Assembly: GCF_030028105.1 (NCBI RefSeq) | Contig: NC_092389.1 | Coordinates: 19,641,180 to 19,705,179, forward strand | Direction: 5' to 3' | Source of the DNA: Mobula birostris | Lineage: Eukaryota | DNA length: 64,000 nt | In this document: piece after piece, positions 13,387 through 26,021 of the stretch | Position numbering within the stretch: the stretch's first letter is position 1 | Layout of the letters: every line of letters begins with the position of its first letter | Made by a program: the position numbers and the translations under genes | Notes under the pieces: model-generated | Databases searched by the model: none | The model's input: the letters and a program-made list of their open reading frames with translations, nothing else | Told to the model about the DNA's origin: nothing

Positions 13387-16206
13387 TAGTGCCTATAAAA
13401 AGTATTCAACCGCCCCTTGAAAGTTTTCATGTTTTATTGTTTTACAACATTGAATCACAATGGATTTAATTTGGCTTTTCTTTTTTACCCTGATCAACAG
13501 AAAAAGACTCTTTTGTGTCAAAGTTAGAACAGGTCTCTACAAAGTGATCTAAATGAATTCTAAATATGAAACATAAAATAATTAACTGCATAAGTATTCA
13601 CCCCCTTCAAGTTAGTATTTAGTAGATGCACATTTGGCAGCAATTACAGCCTTGAGTCTGTGTGGATAGGTCTCTATCAGCTTTGCCCATCTGGACACTG
13701 CAAATTTTCCCCATTCTTCTTTACAAATCTGCTCAAGCTCTTGTCAGATTGCATGGGGATTGTGAGTGAACAGCTCTTTTCAAGTCCAGCTACAAATTCT
13801 CAATTGGATTGAGGTCTGGACTTTGACTTGGCCACTCCAGGACATTAACTTTGTTTTTTTTTTTGAGCCACTCCTGTGTAGCTTTGGCTTTATGCTTAGG
13901 GTCATTGTCTTGCTGGAAAACAAGTCTTCTCCCAAGTCACAGTTCTCTTGCAGACTGCATCAGGTTTTTCTCCAGGATTTCCCTGTATTTTGCTGCATTC
14001 ATTTTACCCTCTACCTTCACAAGCCTTCCAGGTCCTGCTGCAGTGAAGCATCCCCACTGCACGACACAGCCACCACCACACTTCACAGTAGTGATCAGGT
14101 GTTTTGATTAGGCCAAACATAGCATTTAGGCTGATGGCCAAAAAAACTCAATTTTGGTTTCATCAGACCATAGAACCTTTTTCCAGCCAGCTTCAGTCTC
14201 CCACATGCCTTTCGGCAAACTTTAGCTGAGATTTCATGCAAGTTTTTTTTCAACAGTGCATTTCTCTTTACCACTCTCCCATAAAGCAGCAACTGATGAA
14301 GCATCTGATCAACAGTTGTTGCATGTGCAATCTCTCCCATCTCAGCCACTGAAGCTTGTAATTCCTCCAGAGCTGTCATTGGTCTCTTGGTGGTCTCCCT
14401 TATTAGTCCCCTTCTTGCACAGTCACTCAGATTTACAGCTGTACCATATTCTTTCCATTTCTTGAATATCCAAGAGATATGCAGTGACTTGGAAAATTTC
14501 TTGTATCCATCCCCTAACTTGTGTTTTTCAATATCCTTTTCACAGAATTGCTTGGAGTGTTCTTTTGTCTTCATGGTGTAGTTTTTGCCAGGATACTGAC
14601 TCACCAGCAGTCCTTCTTCTTCTTCTTCTATTTCCGGCTGTTTGGACGCATCTAGGCATATTACAGCCCTCCGCAGGATGTATAATTAACTATAGAACTT
14701 CAAGGAACTCAAATTCTCGAATACAACCTAGTCTCACGTATAAACTGAATAATAGACTCTTCAATCAGATGTTGATTCTCTTGATGGCCAAACAAAGATT
14801 TAATAGAAAACCAAAATATATTTAAGCCAGATAGCCTCTTGAACAACATGCTTCTTTCAATTTTGTATCGATTACAGCTCAGCAAAACATGCTGGACTGT
14901 CTCTGGACTACCACAGTCACATAATCCAGTAGGATGTTTTCCTATTATCTTTAAATAATAGTTTAACCCACAATGCCCCAACCTAAGTCTTGTAAATTTC
15001 ACCATATCTCTACGACTTAAAAGGTAACAGTCTGAGACCTTTTTAACTAGTGGGCTAGTTAATGCCTGCCCCTTAATTCATTTTTCCAATCCTCCTGCCA
15101 CTTCTTCTCTGTACCTTTTTTAATCCTACTTCTCAATTCTGCTCTGCCTAGGGGAACTCTAATTTCTACTTGTTTGCTCTGTAAGGAAGACTTTGCAATG
15201 CCATCCACAATTTCATTTCCCTCCACCCCAGCATGCTCAGGTATCCATGAAAATCTAACTGCGCAACCCATCTTCCCTACTCTAAACAACACTAAGAGAA
15301 TCTCAATGTCAGGACGAGCTTTTGACTTACTCCCCTTTATAGCCTCTAAGCAGAATCTGAACAGATGATAACCCCACGTGGTCGAGAGTCTTCTATCCAC
15401 CATAAGGCCCAGAGTATTGCTAATAATTCTGTTACAAAGACAGAAACACCATCTGAAACCCAGTGACCAATCTTAACTCCAAGTTCAGACACATACATCC
15501 CAAATCCTGCCCTACTGCTCTCTGGGTCCACTGAGCCATCAGTAAAAATCTTCAGAAAAGACCACTATTTATTATTTAAATATTCAATTGTGATCAACAC
15601 GATGAAATTGCACGGCTTCCTTTAAGCTGAAAAAGGAGGAATAGGTCTACTTCTGGTTCTGGAAAGAGCCAAAAAGGGACGGGTGGCAAGCAAATTTGGT
15701 CAACTATGTCTTCCTCAGTCAGTTTCAATTTCACAGCCCAGTTATTAACCAGATCTAAAAATGGGTATCTTTTAATTTTACTTTGGCGCTCTGACTTCCT
15801 CTGCAAAAGACACTTTGACGGACAGCTGTGATTGAATCCCTCACCAGCAGTTGAACCCTCCAGATACAGGAGTATTTTTACTACAATCAACTGAAACACT
15901 TTGACTGCACACAGGTGATCTCCATTTAACTAATTATGTGACTTCTAAAACCAATTAGCTGCACCAGTGATGATTTGGTGTGTCATATTAAAGGAGGTGA
16001 ATACTTATACAATCAATTATTTTGTGTTTTATATTTGTAATTAATTTAGATCACTTTGTAGAGATCTGTTTTCACCTTGACACAGAAGAGTCTTTTTCTG
16101 TTGATCAGTGTCAAAATAAGCCAAATTAAATCCACAGTGATTCAATGTTGTAAAATAATCAAACTAGAAAACTTCCAAGGTAGGTGAATACTTTTTATAG
16201 GCACTG
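13387..16206 (-). mobile_element. Tc1-like DNA transposon with long IR/DR-type TIRs, decayed transposase
   Basis: Termini (t)agtgcctataaaaagtattca / tgaatactttttataggcactg, TA at 13385-13386 and 16207-16208, inner DRs near 13592 and 16000, ORF MKTKEHSKQ..GYKK.SKSL. Confidence 0.9.
14612..15839 (-). mobile_element. I/Nimb-clade LINE 3' fragment with RNase H domain, nested in Tc1
   Basis: SVF..ELLAILWAL..ICSDS, WIPEHAGVEGNE.VD..AK, RLRLGHCGLN..CDCG..ETVQHVLLSC; (AAG)n tail; 12-bp TSD ctcaccagcagt at 14600-14611 and 15840-15851. Confidence 0.85.
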
Positions 16207-16549
16207 TACCACTTTCATTTTTGTCTGCATGGTACACATCAACAACCCCGTTCTGTGTTTTGGAGCAGAGCAAAAAAACTTTTATTGTAGCTAAGAAGGG
16301 TATTTTTGTAGATCATCTTAAAATGACCCACCAAGAACTGGATGGTTCCACTATCATATCCCCTGCATCACGACATGACCATGTTCATGTCAGTACACCC
16401 CTGGGCAAACCAGAGGCACCTGCTGTTACTTCAACCAAGGCATAGACGATCCATGCCAAGTGGCTCATAAAATTCCAGACAGACTCACAATGTTAGTTTT
16501 AGTGAATTCTGGAAGGGGGTGGGGGCTGTGTAAGATAATATAATAACTG

Positions 16550-16982
16550 GATAACCATATAACAATTACAGCACGGAAACAGGCCACCTCGGCCCTTCTA
16601 GTCCATGCCGAACTCCTACTCCCAACTAGTCCCACTGACCTGTACTCGGTCCATAACCCCCCATTCCCTTCCTGTCCATATATCTATCTAATTTAACTTT
16701 AAACGACAACATCGAACCTGCCTCAACCACTTCTGCTGAAAGTTTGTTCCACACAGCCACCACTCCCTGAGTAAAGAAGTTCCCCCTCATGTTACCCCTA
16801 AACTTTTGCCCTTTAACTCTCAACTCATGTCCTTTTGTTTGAATCTCCCCCATTCTCAATGGAAAAAGCTTATCCATGTCAACCCTTATCAATTCCCCTC
16901 ATAATTTTAAACACCTCAATCAAGTCCCCTCTCAACCTTCTACACTCCAAAGAATAAAGACCTAACTTGTTCAACCTTTCTG
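16550..16982 (-). mobile_element. CR1-type LINE 3' end
   Basis: ORF 16626-16892 GHELRVKG.KFRGNMRGNFFTQ.VV.VWN.L. Confidence 0.8.
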
Positions 16983-17179
16983 GGTGACAGATGGCACATA
17001 TTGTTTGTAATAGAACCTGTTGTACGTAATTCACAAACACTGTCACTGACTGTTGTGTTCACTTTAAGAGACGGTATCTGATATAATGATGTCAGTGACT
17101 GCTTTTGGTTTGTTTGTTATGGAAGTGAGGGCTGCGGCTTTTGTTAAGCACATAAAATGACTTTTACATGTTTTATTCA

Positions 17180-19600
17180 CAAAATCCTACACTATTACTA
17201 AGGAGAAGGTACTTGGGAAGCTGAAAATTCTGAAGGTAGATAAGTCACCTGGGCCAGATGGACTACACCTTAGGGTTCTGAAAGAAGTAGCTGAAGAGAT
17301 TGTGGAGGAATTAGTAATGGTCTTTTGAGAATCACTAGATTCTGGAATGGTTCTGGAGGACAGGGAAATTGCAAATGTCACTCCACTCTTTAAGAAGGGA
17401 GGGAGACAGAAGTAAGGAAATTATAGACCAGATAATTTGACTTCAGTGGTTGGAAAGATGTTGGTGTCTGTTATTAAGGATGAAGTTTCTGAGTACTTAG
17501 TGTCCATGATAAAATAGGCCAAAGTCAGCATGGTTTTTGAAAGGGGATATCTTGCCTGACAAATTTGGTGGAATTCTTTGAGGAACTAACAGTCAGGATG
17601 GACAAAGGAGAGTCAGTGGAAATAGTTTATTTGGATTTTCAGAAGGCTTTTGACAAGGCATTGCACATGAGGCTGATTAACAAGATAAGATGGTATTACA
17701 GAAAAGGCACTAGAACAGAGAGAAGATTGGCTGACTAGCAGGAAGCAAACAGTGGGAATAAAGGAGACCTTTTCTGGTTGGGTGCCAGTGACTAGTGGTG
17801 AGCCACAGATATCAGTATTGGAACCACTTCTTTTCACGCTATATGTCAATGATTTGGTTAAAAAAATTAATGCCCTTGTGGCCAAGTCTGGGGGCAATAC
17901 AAAGGTGGAGGGGCAGGTAGTGTTGAAGAAGCAGGCTGTCAGCAGAAGGACTTAGATTGGAGCAAGGAGCAATGGGCAAAGAGTGGCAGGTGGAATATAA
18001 TGCAGGAAAATGCATGGTCATGCACTTTGGCAGAAGGAATAAAGGCATTGGACTATTTTCCAAATGGGGAGAAAATTGAAAAATCAGAGGTGCAAAGGGT
18101 CCTGGGAATCCTTGTGCTGGATTCCACAAAGGTTAACTTGCAGGTTGAGTCAGTGATAAGGAAGGCAATGTTAGCATTCATTTTGAGATGACTAGACTAC
18201 AAAAGCAACGATGTAAGGCTGCGCCTTTATGCTTTATAAGGCATTGATCAGACCACACTTGGAATATTGTGAGTAGTTTTTGGTTCCTCATCTAAGAAAA
18301 GAGTCAATGAAAATGGTCCAGAGGAGATTCACAAGAATGACCCAGGAATGTAGAGGTTAATATGAGGCGCATTTGATGGTTCTGGGCTTGTACTCATTGG
18401 CGTTTAGAAGAATGAGAGGGGATCTCATTGAAAACTATTCAATATTGAAAGACCTAGATAAATAGTCATAGTCATACTTTATTGATCCCGGGGGAAATTG
18501 GTTTTCGTTACAGTTGCACCATAAATAATAAATAGTAATAGAACTATAAATAGTTAAATAGTAATGTGTAAATTATGCCAGTAAATTATGAAATAAGTCC
18601 AGGACCAGCCTATCGGCTCAGGGTGTCTGACCCTCCAAGGGAGGAGTTGTAAAGTTTGATGGCCACAGGCAGGAATGACTTCCTATGACGCTCTGTGCTG
18701 CATCTCGGAGGAATGAGTCTCTGGCTGAATGTACTCCTGTGCCCACCCAGTACATTATGTAGTGGATGGGAGATATTGACCAAGATAGCATGCAACTTGG
18801 ACAGCATCCTCTTTTCAGACACCACCATGAGAGAGTCCAGTTCCATCCCTACAACATCACTGGCCTTACGAATGAGTTTGTTGATTCTGTTGGTGTCTGC
18901 TACACTCAGCCTGCTGCCCCAGCACACAACAGCAAACATGATAGCACTTGCCACCACAGACTCGTAGAACATCCTCAGCATTGTCCGGCAGATGTTAAAG
19001 GACCTCAGTCTCCTCAGGAAATAGAGACGGCTCTGACCCTTCTTGTAGACAGCCTCAGTGTTCTTAGACCAGTCCAGTTTATTGTCAATTCGTATCCCCA
19101 GGTATTTGTAATCCTCCACCATGTCCACACTGACCCCCTGGATGGAAACAGGGGTCACCGGTACCTTAGCTCTCCTCAGGTCTACCACCAGCTCCTTAGT
19201 CTTTTTCACATTAAGCTGCAGATAATTCTGCTCACACCATGTGACTATGTTTCCTACCGTAGCCCGTGGAGAGGATGTTTCCTATCGTGGAGACTCTAGG
19301 ACCAGGGGGCACAACCTCAGAATTGAGGGATGCCCATTTAGAAAGGAGATGAGGGAAAATTTCTTTAGCTAGAGGGTGGTGAATCTGTGCAATTCATTGC
19401 CACAGACAGCTGTGCAGGCCAAGTCACTGGGTATGTTTAAAGCAGAAGTTGATAGGTTCTTGATTAATCTGGGCGTCAAAGGTCATAGAGAGAAAGCAGG
19501 AAATTGAGGTTGAGAAGGATAATAAATCGGCCATGATGGAATGGCAGAGTGGTCTCAATGGGCTGAATGGCCTAATTCTGCTCCTATGTCTTGCGGTCTT
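17180..19600 (+). mobile_element. CR1-type LINE (degenerate RT), interrupted by a Rex1 insertion
   Basis: SPGPDG.HLR.LKE, DFQKAFDK and SG.PQ.SVL.PLLF motifs; 3' UTR at about 19500-19600. Confidence 0.8.
18462..19260 (-). mobile_element. Rex1/Babar-type LINE 3' portion, young copy
   Basis: Uninterrupted 199-aa ORF 18610-19209 [31 protein letters not shown]. Confidence 0.85.
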
Positions 19601-20516
19601 ATGGTCTCTCTTCTTCACTTTAGCTGACAAAGTTCTCAACCACACTGGCTACATTTCCCACAGTTTTGCTCTTATATTGTGTCCTCCCAACCATGTCTAT
19701 AGAGTTCTTCTTGTCCTTGCAGGGCATTCCCTTTTGTAGACATAATACACTGTAATTGTGGGAATCTGGGGCAACAAGCAATCTGCTGAAGGAACTAATT
19801 GTGTCGAGAAGCATCTGTAGGGGAAGGGTTTGGTGGAAGGAATTGTTGGTGTTTCGATTCAAAACTTTGTATCAGGACTAAGACTTATTCCCTTTTGTGT
19901 ACAAGTGAGGATGGTAGTTCCACAGAGGACTACAAAAACCAGGATCACTGCACAGCATGTGACTCAGCTGCATAGACAGCAAGGAAGAAAGATGAGAGAG
20001 CATTTAGAGTAAGGCACTCAATTGATGGTGACAAACAAATGTTCATGTGGCCATTGACCTGACTTTAAGATGGTGTGTTGCCTTCCTGGTGCCTAAATCA
20101 TGGATGTCACAGGACAAGTATCCTGAAGAGGAAGGGTGAACAATTGGAAGTTGTGGTCCACTTCAGGACCAACAACAGAGACAAACAGATGAGATCCTGC
20201 AAGCAGATTTTAAGGAGATAGGAAAAGGGGCATAACAGCAGGACCCCAAAAGTAGTAGTCAATATAGTCAAGTAATGTAACGTATGGATAATTTCAGAAA
20301 TTTTGGCACAAATCCACAGAAGGATAAGTATATCTCCCCCCAAACCCAAGCCATATCCCCACCGGCTTCTCCTGTCAGTCCTCTTAACATTTTATACATA
20401 CGAAGAACTTTGGTTCTCTCTGGCAATGAAGGAATGCTATATTTTTGGTCAATTTCTAATGTTGTTGTCCACCTTCATTAATGCATGTAAACTCATCCTA
20501 CAGGCATTGCTGCAAT

Positions 20517-20805
20517 GGATGGCACAGTAGCATAGTGGTTAGCGCCGTGCTTATAGTACCAGCGATCTGGGTTCATTTCTCGCTGCTGCCTGGAAGGAGT
20601 TTATCCATTTTCCCCGTGACTATGTGGACCTCCTCTGGGTACTCTGGTTTCCTCACACAGTCCAAAGACATACCAGTTGGCAGGCTAATTAGTCATTGTA
20701 AATTGTCCCTTGTTTAGTTTAGGGCTTAATTCAGCATATTGCTGGACAGCGTGGTTTGAAGGGCTAGAAAGGCGTATATCTCAATGAACAAAAGACAAAC
20801 AAAAT
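20517..20805 (+). mobile_element. tRNA-derived SINE (V-SINE/HE1-like)
   Basis: A-box-like TAGCATAGTGG, B-box-like GGTTCATT, central ggtttcctcacacagtccaaagac domain. Second copy at about 56425-56740. Confidence 0.7.
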
Positions 20806-21465
20806 GTTTATGAAATATGGGAGTTATCTCAGGCTCCTCATTTCTCAATTCTAAGATCATCATAAAATCAACCAGATGGTGGTTGCATTATTTTGCCAAC
20901 ATGTTGAGAGGAGCTTTGACTTTTTATCTCAGAGTACACACAACTGAATCCAGTTCAAGAAGAGATTCAATGAGATAAGGAAACCTTACATCCTCTCTGT
21001 GCCTTTTAAAGCCTATTCCAGCACCCCACTTTAATCTTGTGGGACAACAATCTTTCTTTGCATATTTTCTAAATCACAATATTTCCTCCCAACACTGATG
21101 CTCACATCCATACTCATGTAATATTAAATGAGAGACACAACAGGCTGCAAATTCAATACTCTGCTGGAGGAACTCAGCGGAACTGGCAGCATCTGTGGAG
21201 GCAGAGTGACGGTCGGTATCGCAGCTCAAAATCTTGCTCGTATACTGTAATATCTTTCTCTTATGGTCACTCTCAACAAGCTCTAAGAAATGGTCACATC
21301 TTCCCAATTCTTTCAATCGCAATCATACTTCTGTCCATGTGGATGGCAGCACAGAACTCTGTGGAGAACAGGACAAAGAAGTGACTATGGAACCATTTCT
21401 ATTATATTACATGGTCAGGAGTGGAGAAGCCAAACTAAGTGGACCTTAGTCTCTTCTCACAAAAC

Positions 21466-21724
21466 ATTTCCTGTGTGGTTGTTGATGTGGTTAATTATTG
21501 ATGAACAAAATCATGCAAAGTCAAGAAGATTTTTTCCGCAACCACTGCACTGCAATGAAATTGATGAAAGTAAATATGATTTTTTTTGTTATAAAATACA
21601 ATTCACCAGTATATATACTAAATGCTCACTGTTTTAATGGACATTACAATTGATCTTTGTGGGAGAAAATTTCCTTAAGCATTGCTACCACACCAAGGAA
21701 CAGACCCAAGTACCATCACTTCCT
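21466..21724 (+). promoter_or_regulatory. Candidate promoter: cluster of RUNX- and ETS-type motifs upstream of the putative leader exon
   Basis: ATTTCCTGT 21466-21474, TGTGGTT 21474-21480 and 21486-21492, ACCACA 21687-21692, CACTTCCT 21717-21724, TATAAAA 21590-21596. Short motifs can occur by chance. Confidence 0.35.
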
Positions 21725-21839
21725 TCCTCTGAATTGCAGCAAAGGTCAGATGTGTCAGTTCAACCAATTGCACCCACTCTGAAGCAGTTGTTCATGAGGG
21801 AGTATTGTGCACCAATATTTCTGTAAAGATAGAAAGAAG

Positions 21840-21921
21840 ATGGACCAAATTAAAGGGATGTTGACAACAAGCACGTTATTACAGTTGATAGTGTTCTTAC
21901 AGGAGCAGAGATGTCCAACAG
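21840..21921 (+). CDS. Candidate exon 1, signal peptide [27 protein letters not shown](G)
   Basis: aagATGG Kozak context, second in-frame ATG at 21858, hydrophobic core LLQLIVFL, and phase-1 donor AG|gttagt matching the phase-1 V-exon acceptor. It lies 16.4 kb upstream of the V exon. Confidence 0.6.
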
Positions 21922-24900
21922 GTTAGTGTCTTGATGAATGTATTTGATCCTTCACTGTTTGTCATAAATCAGAGTGTTAAGAGTCAGACAACTGGATTAG
22001 TTTGTGGAGAAATTTACAAAAGTTAACAGTGACAAGCAGCTCAGAACTCAGTCCAGGGATCTGAGCAGTTTGGCTCTATCTCAGCTGAAACATCACAGCA
22101 GAACAGTGGGGGGAGAAAAAGGATATTGTCTATTTCCCTCCATAGATCCTGCCTGACTTGCTGAGTTCCTCATGTGCTTTTGTGCATTGTTACCATTTTG
22201 TATGTTTGGTGTGCAGTTGCCAGAAAGAATTACAATGTGAAGTGTCTGAGTTATAATAGAATGACTTGCATATTTTCTTACTTTACACCAGTTCTCATAT
22301 TGCTATTTTTACTTACATACGGCAAGTTAGTAACAAATGGGCAGATGCGAGCTGATGAGATGGACAGCAGAACCTTCATGCATGGCAAATTGCTTACTGA
22401 ACAGCTCTGTACTGGTAGTAGTTGTAGCTAGGTAATTGTCACGCTGCATTTTTGGACCTAAATGCAGAATGACAGACTTGGAATGGTTTAACAAAACTAG
22501 GAATTTTATCAATAAAAGAGACAAAACAAAACCGCAGAATTGACAAGGTCTAGCACTGCCCCTTTAAATATACTCCAGGGCATGAAGGAATCCGCACCCA
22601 GCTAGTTAAAACCCCAGACTCTCGACAAGCTTACAAGTAACCCTTCTCATAAGAAACAAAAGTCCAAGGATACGTAATTGGATACCTGCAAAGTCTCAAG
22701 GAACATTAATGGAAGTATTCAAGAACAATTGCAACTTAAATGTAAACTACAGAAGACCTAACTACAACACATAAACCCAAAGCGCAACAATATATTACAA
22801 TTATAATTAATGAAATGCAGAGAATACAAAAAACAGCAAAAAAAATCTCAGAGCCCTCAGAAGCCTCTACCAACAACCCAAGGTTGTGACTCAACCCTCT
22901 CCCACTGCGGTCGGTACCTGATGGCCAGGACTATCTGGATGTAAACAATGGAATTCTGAAATAAGGTCGGGATTCAAAGTATCCTTGGAAGGAAACCAAC
23001 ATCGTTCCTTCGGACCATATCCCTCCCAGTCTACTCAGTATCGTAGCTGTTCACTTAACTTCTATGAATAAAATAGTCTACGGACTGTGTAGACAGTTTC
23101 ATAGTCTACAATCCTTGCTGGGGGTTGGGGTGGGTGGCTTGGGAATCAGGGACAATGGGGATGCAAAGTAAGTTTTCAATTTGGATACGTGCCACTGAGG
23201 TACACAAATACGAACTTGTTAAGCATTTCCCTCAGAACTTCATTAATCAAATATCTGGAAGATAGCTGGAGCCAGGAAGGAACTTAAGAGTGAAATTAGG
23301 AGAGCTAGAAGGGGCCATGAGAAGGCCTTGGTGAACAGGATTAAGGGAACCCCCAAGGTATCCTACAAGTATGTGAAGAGCAAAAAGATGAGTTGTGTAA
23401 GAATAGGACCAATCAGATACAACGGTGGAAACATGTGCATGGAGTTGGAGGAGGTAGCAGAGGTACTTAATGAATACTTTGCTTCAGTATTCACCAGGGT
23501 AAAGGACCTTGGCAATTGTGGGGATGACTTACAGCAGACTGAAGTGCTTGAGCATATAGACATTAAGAAAGAGGTTGTGCTGGAGCTTTTGAAATGCATT
23601 AAGTTAGACATGTCGCCCAGACCAGACGAGATGTACCCCAGGCTGCTGTAGGAACCGAGGGAGGAAATTGTTGAGCCTCTGGCGATGATTTTTACATCAT
23701 CAAAAGGGACAGGAGAAGTACCAGCGGATTGGAGGGTTGCAAATGTTGTTCCCTTGTTCAAGAAAGGGAGTGGAGATAACCCAGGAAATTATAGACCAGT
23801 GAGTCTGACTTCAGTAGTGGGCAAGTAGTTGGAGAAGATCCTGAGAGGCATTTGGAGAGACATAATCTGATTAGAGATAGTCAGCATAGCCTTGTCAAGG
23901 GCAGGTTGTGCCTTATGAGCCTGATTGAGTTCTTTGAGGATATAACAAAACACATTGATGAAGGTAGGGCAGTGGATGTAGTGTATATGGATTTCAGTAA
24001 GGCATTTGATAAGGTTCCCCATGCAAGGCTCATTCAGAAAGTAAGAAGACATGGGATCCAAGGAGACCTTGTTTATGGATCCAGAATTGGCTTGCCCACA
24101 GCATGTAAAAGGTGGTTGTAGATGGTTCATATTGTACATGAAGGTCGGTGACAAGTGGTGTTCAGCAGGGATCTGTTCTGGGACCCCTCCTCTTCGTGAC
24201 TTTTATAAATGACCCAGATGAAGAAGTAGAATGGTGGGTTAGTAAGTTTGCTGATGACACAAAGCTTGTGGGGGGGGGGGCGCGGTGTTGTGGATAGTCT
24301 GGAGGGTTGTCAGAGATTACAACGGGACAACGATAGGATGCAGAACTGGGCTGAGAAGTGGCAGATGGAGTTCAACCCAAATAAGTGTGAGATAGTTTAT
24401 TTTGGTAGGTCAAATTTGAAGACAGAATATAGTATCAATGGTAAGATTCTTGGCAGTGTGAAGGATCAGAGAGATCTTGGGTCCTTGTCCATAGGACACT
24501 CAAAGCTGCCACCCAAAAAGCCATTGCTAAGTATTCATAATGACCTGTTGGGGTATTAAAAGTTGTCTTCCACTCATCCCCTTCACAAATACGGATTAAG
24601 TTAAGCCCTCAGGTCCAGTTTTGTGAAAATAGTTGCCTCTTGCAACAATTCAAACGCTGTGTTAATTAGGCGCAAGAGGGTGGGGAGCAATTCTTAATTG
24701 TTGTTTTGTTTAGGTCCCTATAATCTATGCAAGGTCTTATGCTCCCATCTTTTTGGTTACAAAAAAGCACCCCACTCTCGCTGGAGAAGTGGAGGGTCTG
24801 ATAAACCTTTCACTGAATACCTCTTGAATATATATGCCCAATGGCCAGCCTTTCCGGTCCTGATATGGAAAAGAGTCTTCCTCGTGGTGGACAGGTCCCT

Positions 24901-25940
24901 GGCAAGAAACTCTATGACACAATCTTAGCGCCAAAGGGGCAGTAATGCGATTGCCATCTATTTACTGAAAACCTCAAGGATGTCTGAAAACTCAAGGGGA
25001 ACTCTTGAGATCAAAAGTCGCAAACTTGGGAATGTCAGAGGCAGTCTCAGGAACTCAGGAAGCTTCTGGGAGGCAGACCTTATGACAGCTGTAAGCCCAG
25101 CCCAGGACACTGCCATTAGACCAGTCTATAACGGGGCCATCCTAAAATGCGAAGGATCCCAGGGGGAATCTAAGCATTTCAGAATGGTCCCCTACCTGGA
25201 AGCGCAGGGGCTCTGAAACATAACACACCTTTCCTGGCTCAAGTGTTCACCCATCAAGAGACGTGGTATTAAGGGATGATTTAGCTTAGCAATTGGGACT
25301 CATCTGTCTGGACACCCGCAGATTTTAAAGAGTTACTTGCGGAGCCAGAGTCTATAAATTTTCCTTGTCGCCCCAGGCCAATAAAGAGGGCATATGTACC
25401 TCAGAGGTCATAAGATCAGGACCAGCACAGACCTCCCTCTACTAGACGGCCCTTTGAGTTTCCCAACAGTTCTGGACAAGTACGTCAAAGTGCCTTGTTT
25501 CTCTGTAATAAAGGCACAGTCTAGCTCCCTCAATCTCCTGTCCCACTGCACTGGGGAGAGACGGATCCTGCCCAGCTGTGTGATTGCAGGTAAGGTACGT
25601 GGATGAGTAGAAAATGTGGGTGAAGAACGGGGATAGAAGGAACCAAGTCCAGGGAACTCACTGCAGTGCTTCCTCTGATGCCTGGACATCCAATTGTCGT
25701 GTCGGATAGTTAAGTCAGTCAGTCCATCAAGGTCCTGTACCGGTTCATGGGCCGCCAGTTCGTCCTTGAGCTTTTCATTTAGATGTCTGTAGAACATGGC
25801 AATGGGGGCTTCTCCATTCAACCCATTCTCAAGTGCCTGTGTCCTGAACTGGATGGAGTACTTGGCCACACTGCAGGGAAGTCTTGAGCTGCCTGCTACG
25901 CCAGATGGGGTGATAGAAGTCCCTTCTCATGACGTGTGTA

Positions 25941-26021
<81 letters not shown>

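Larger units (their letters stand above)
11850..16530 (+). mobile_element. Gypsy LTR-retrotransposon pol remnant (RNase H/integrase), interrupted by a Tc1 insertion
   Basis: RQQLYL..ISKF..IQHIQGKTNAVAD and HPG..ASQKMV..FVW.GL..C..CQ. The integrase C-terminus resumes at 16209; purine tract near 16512. Confidence 0.8.
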
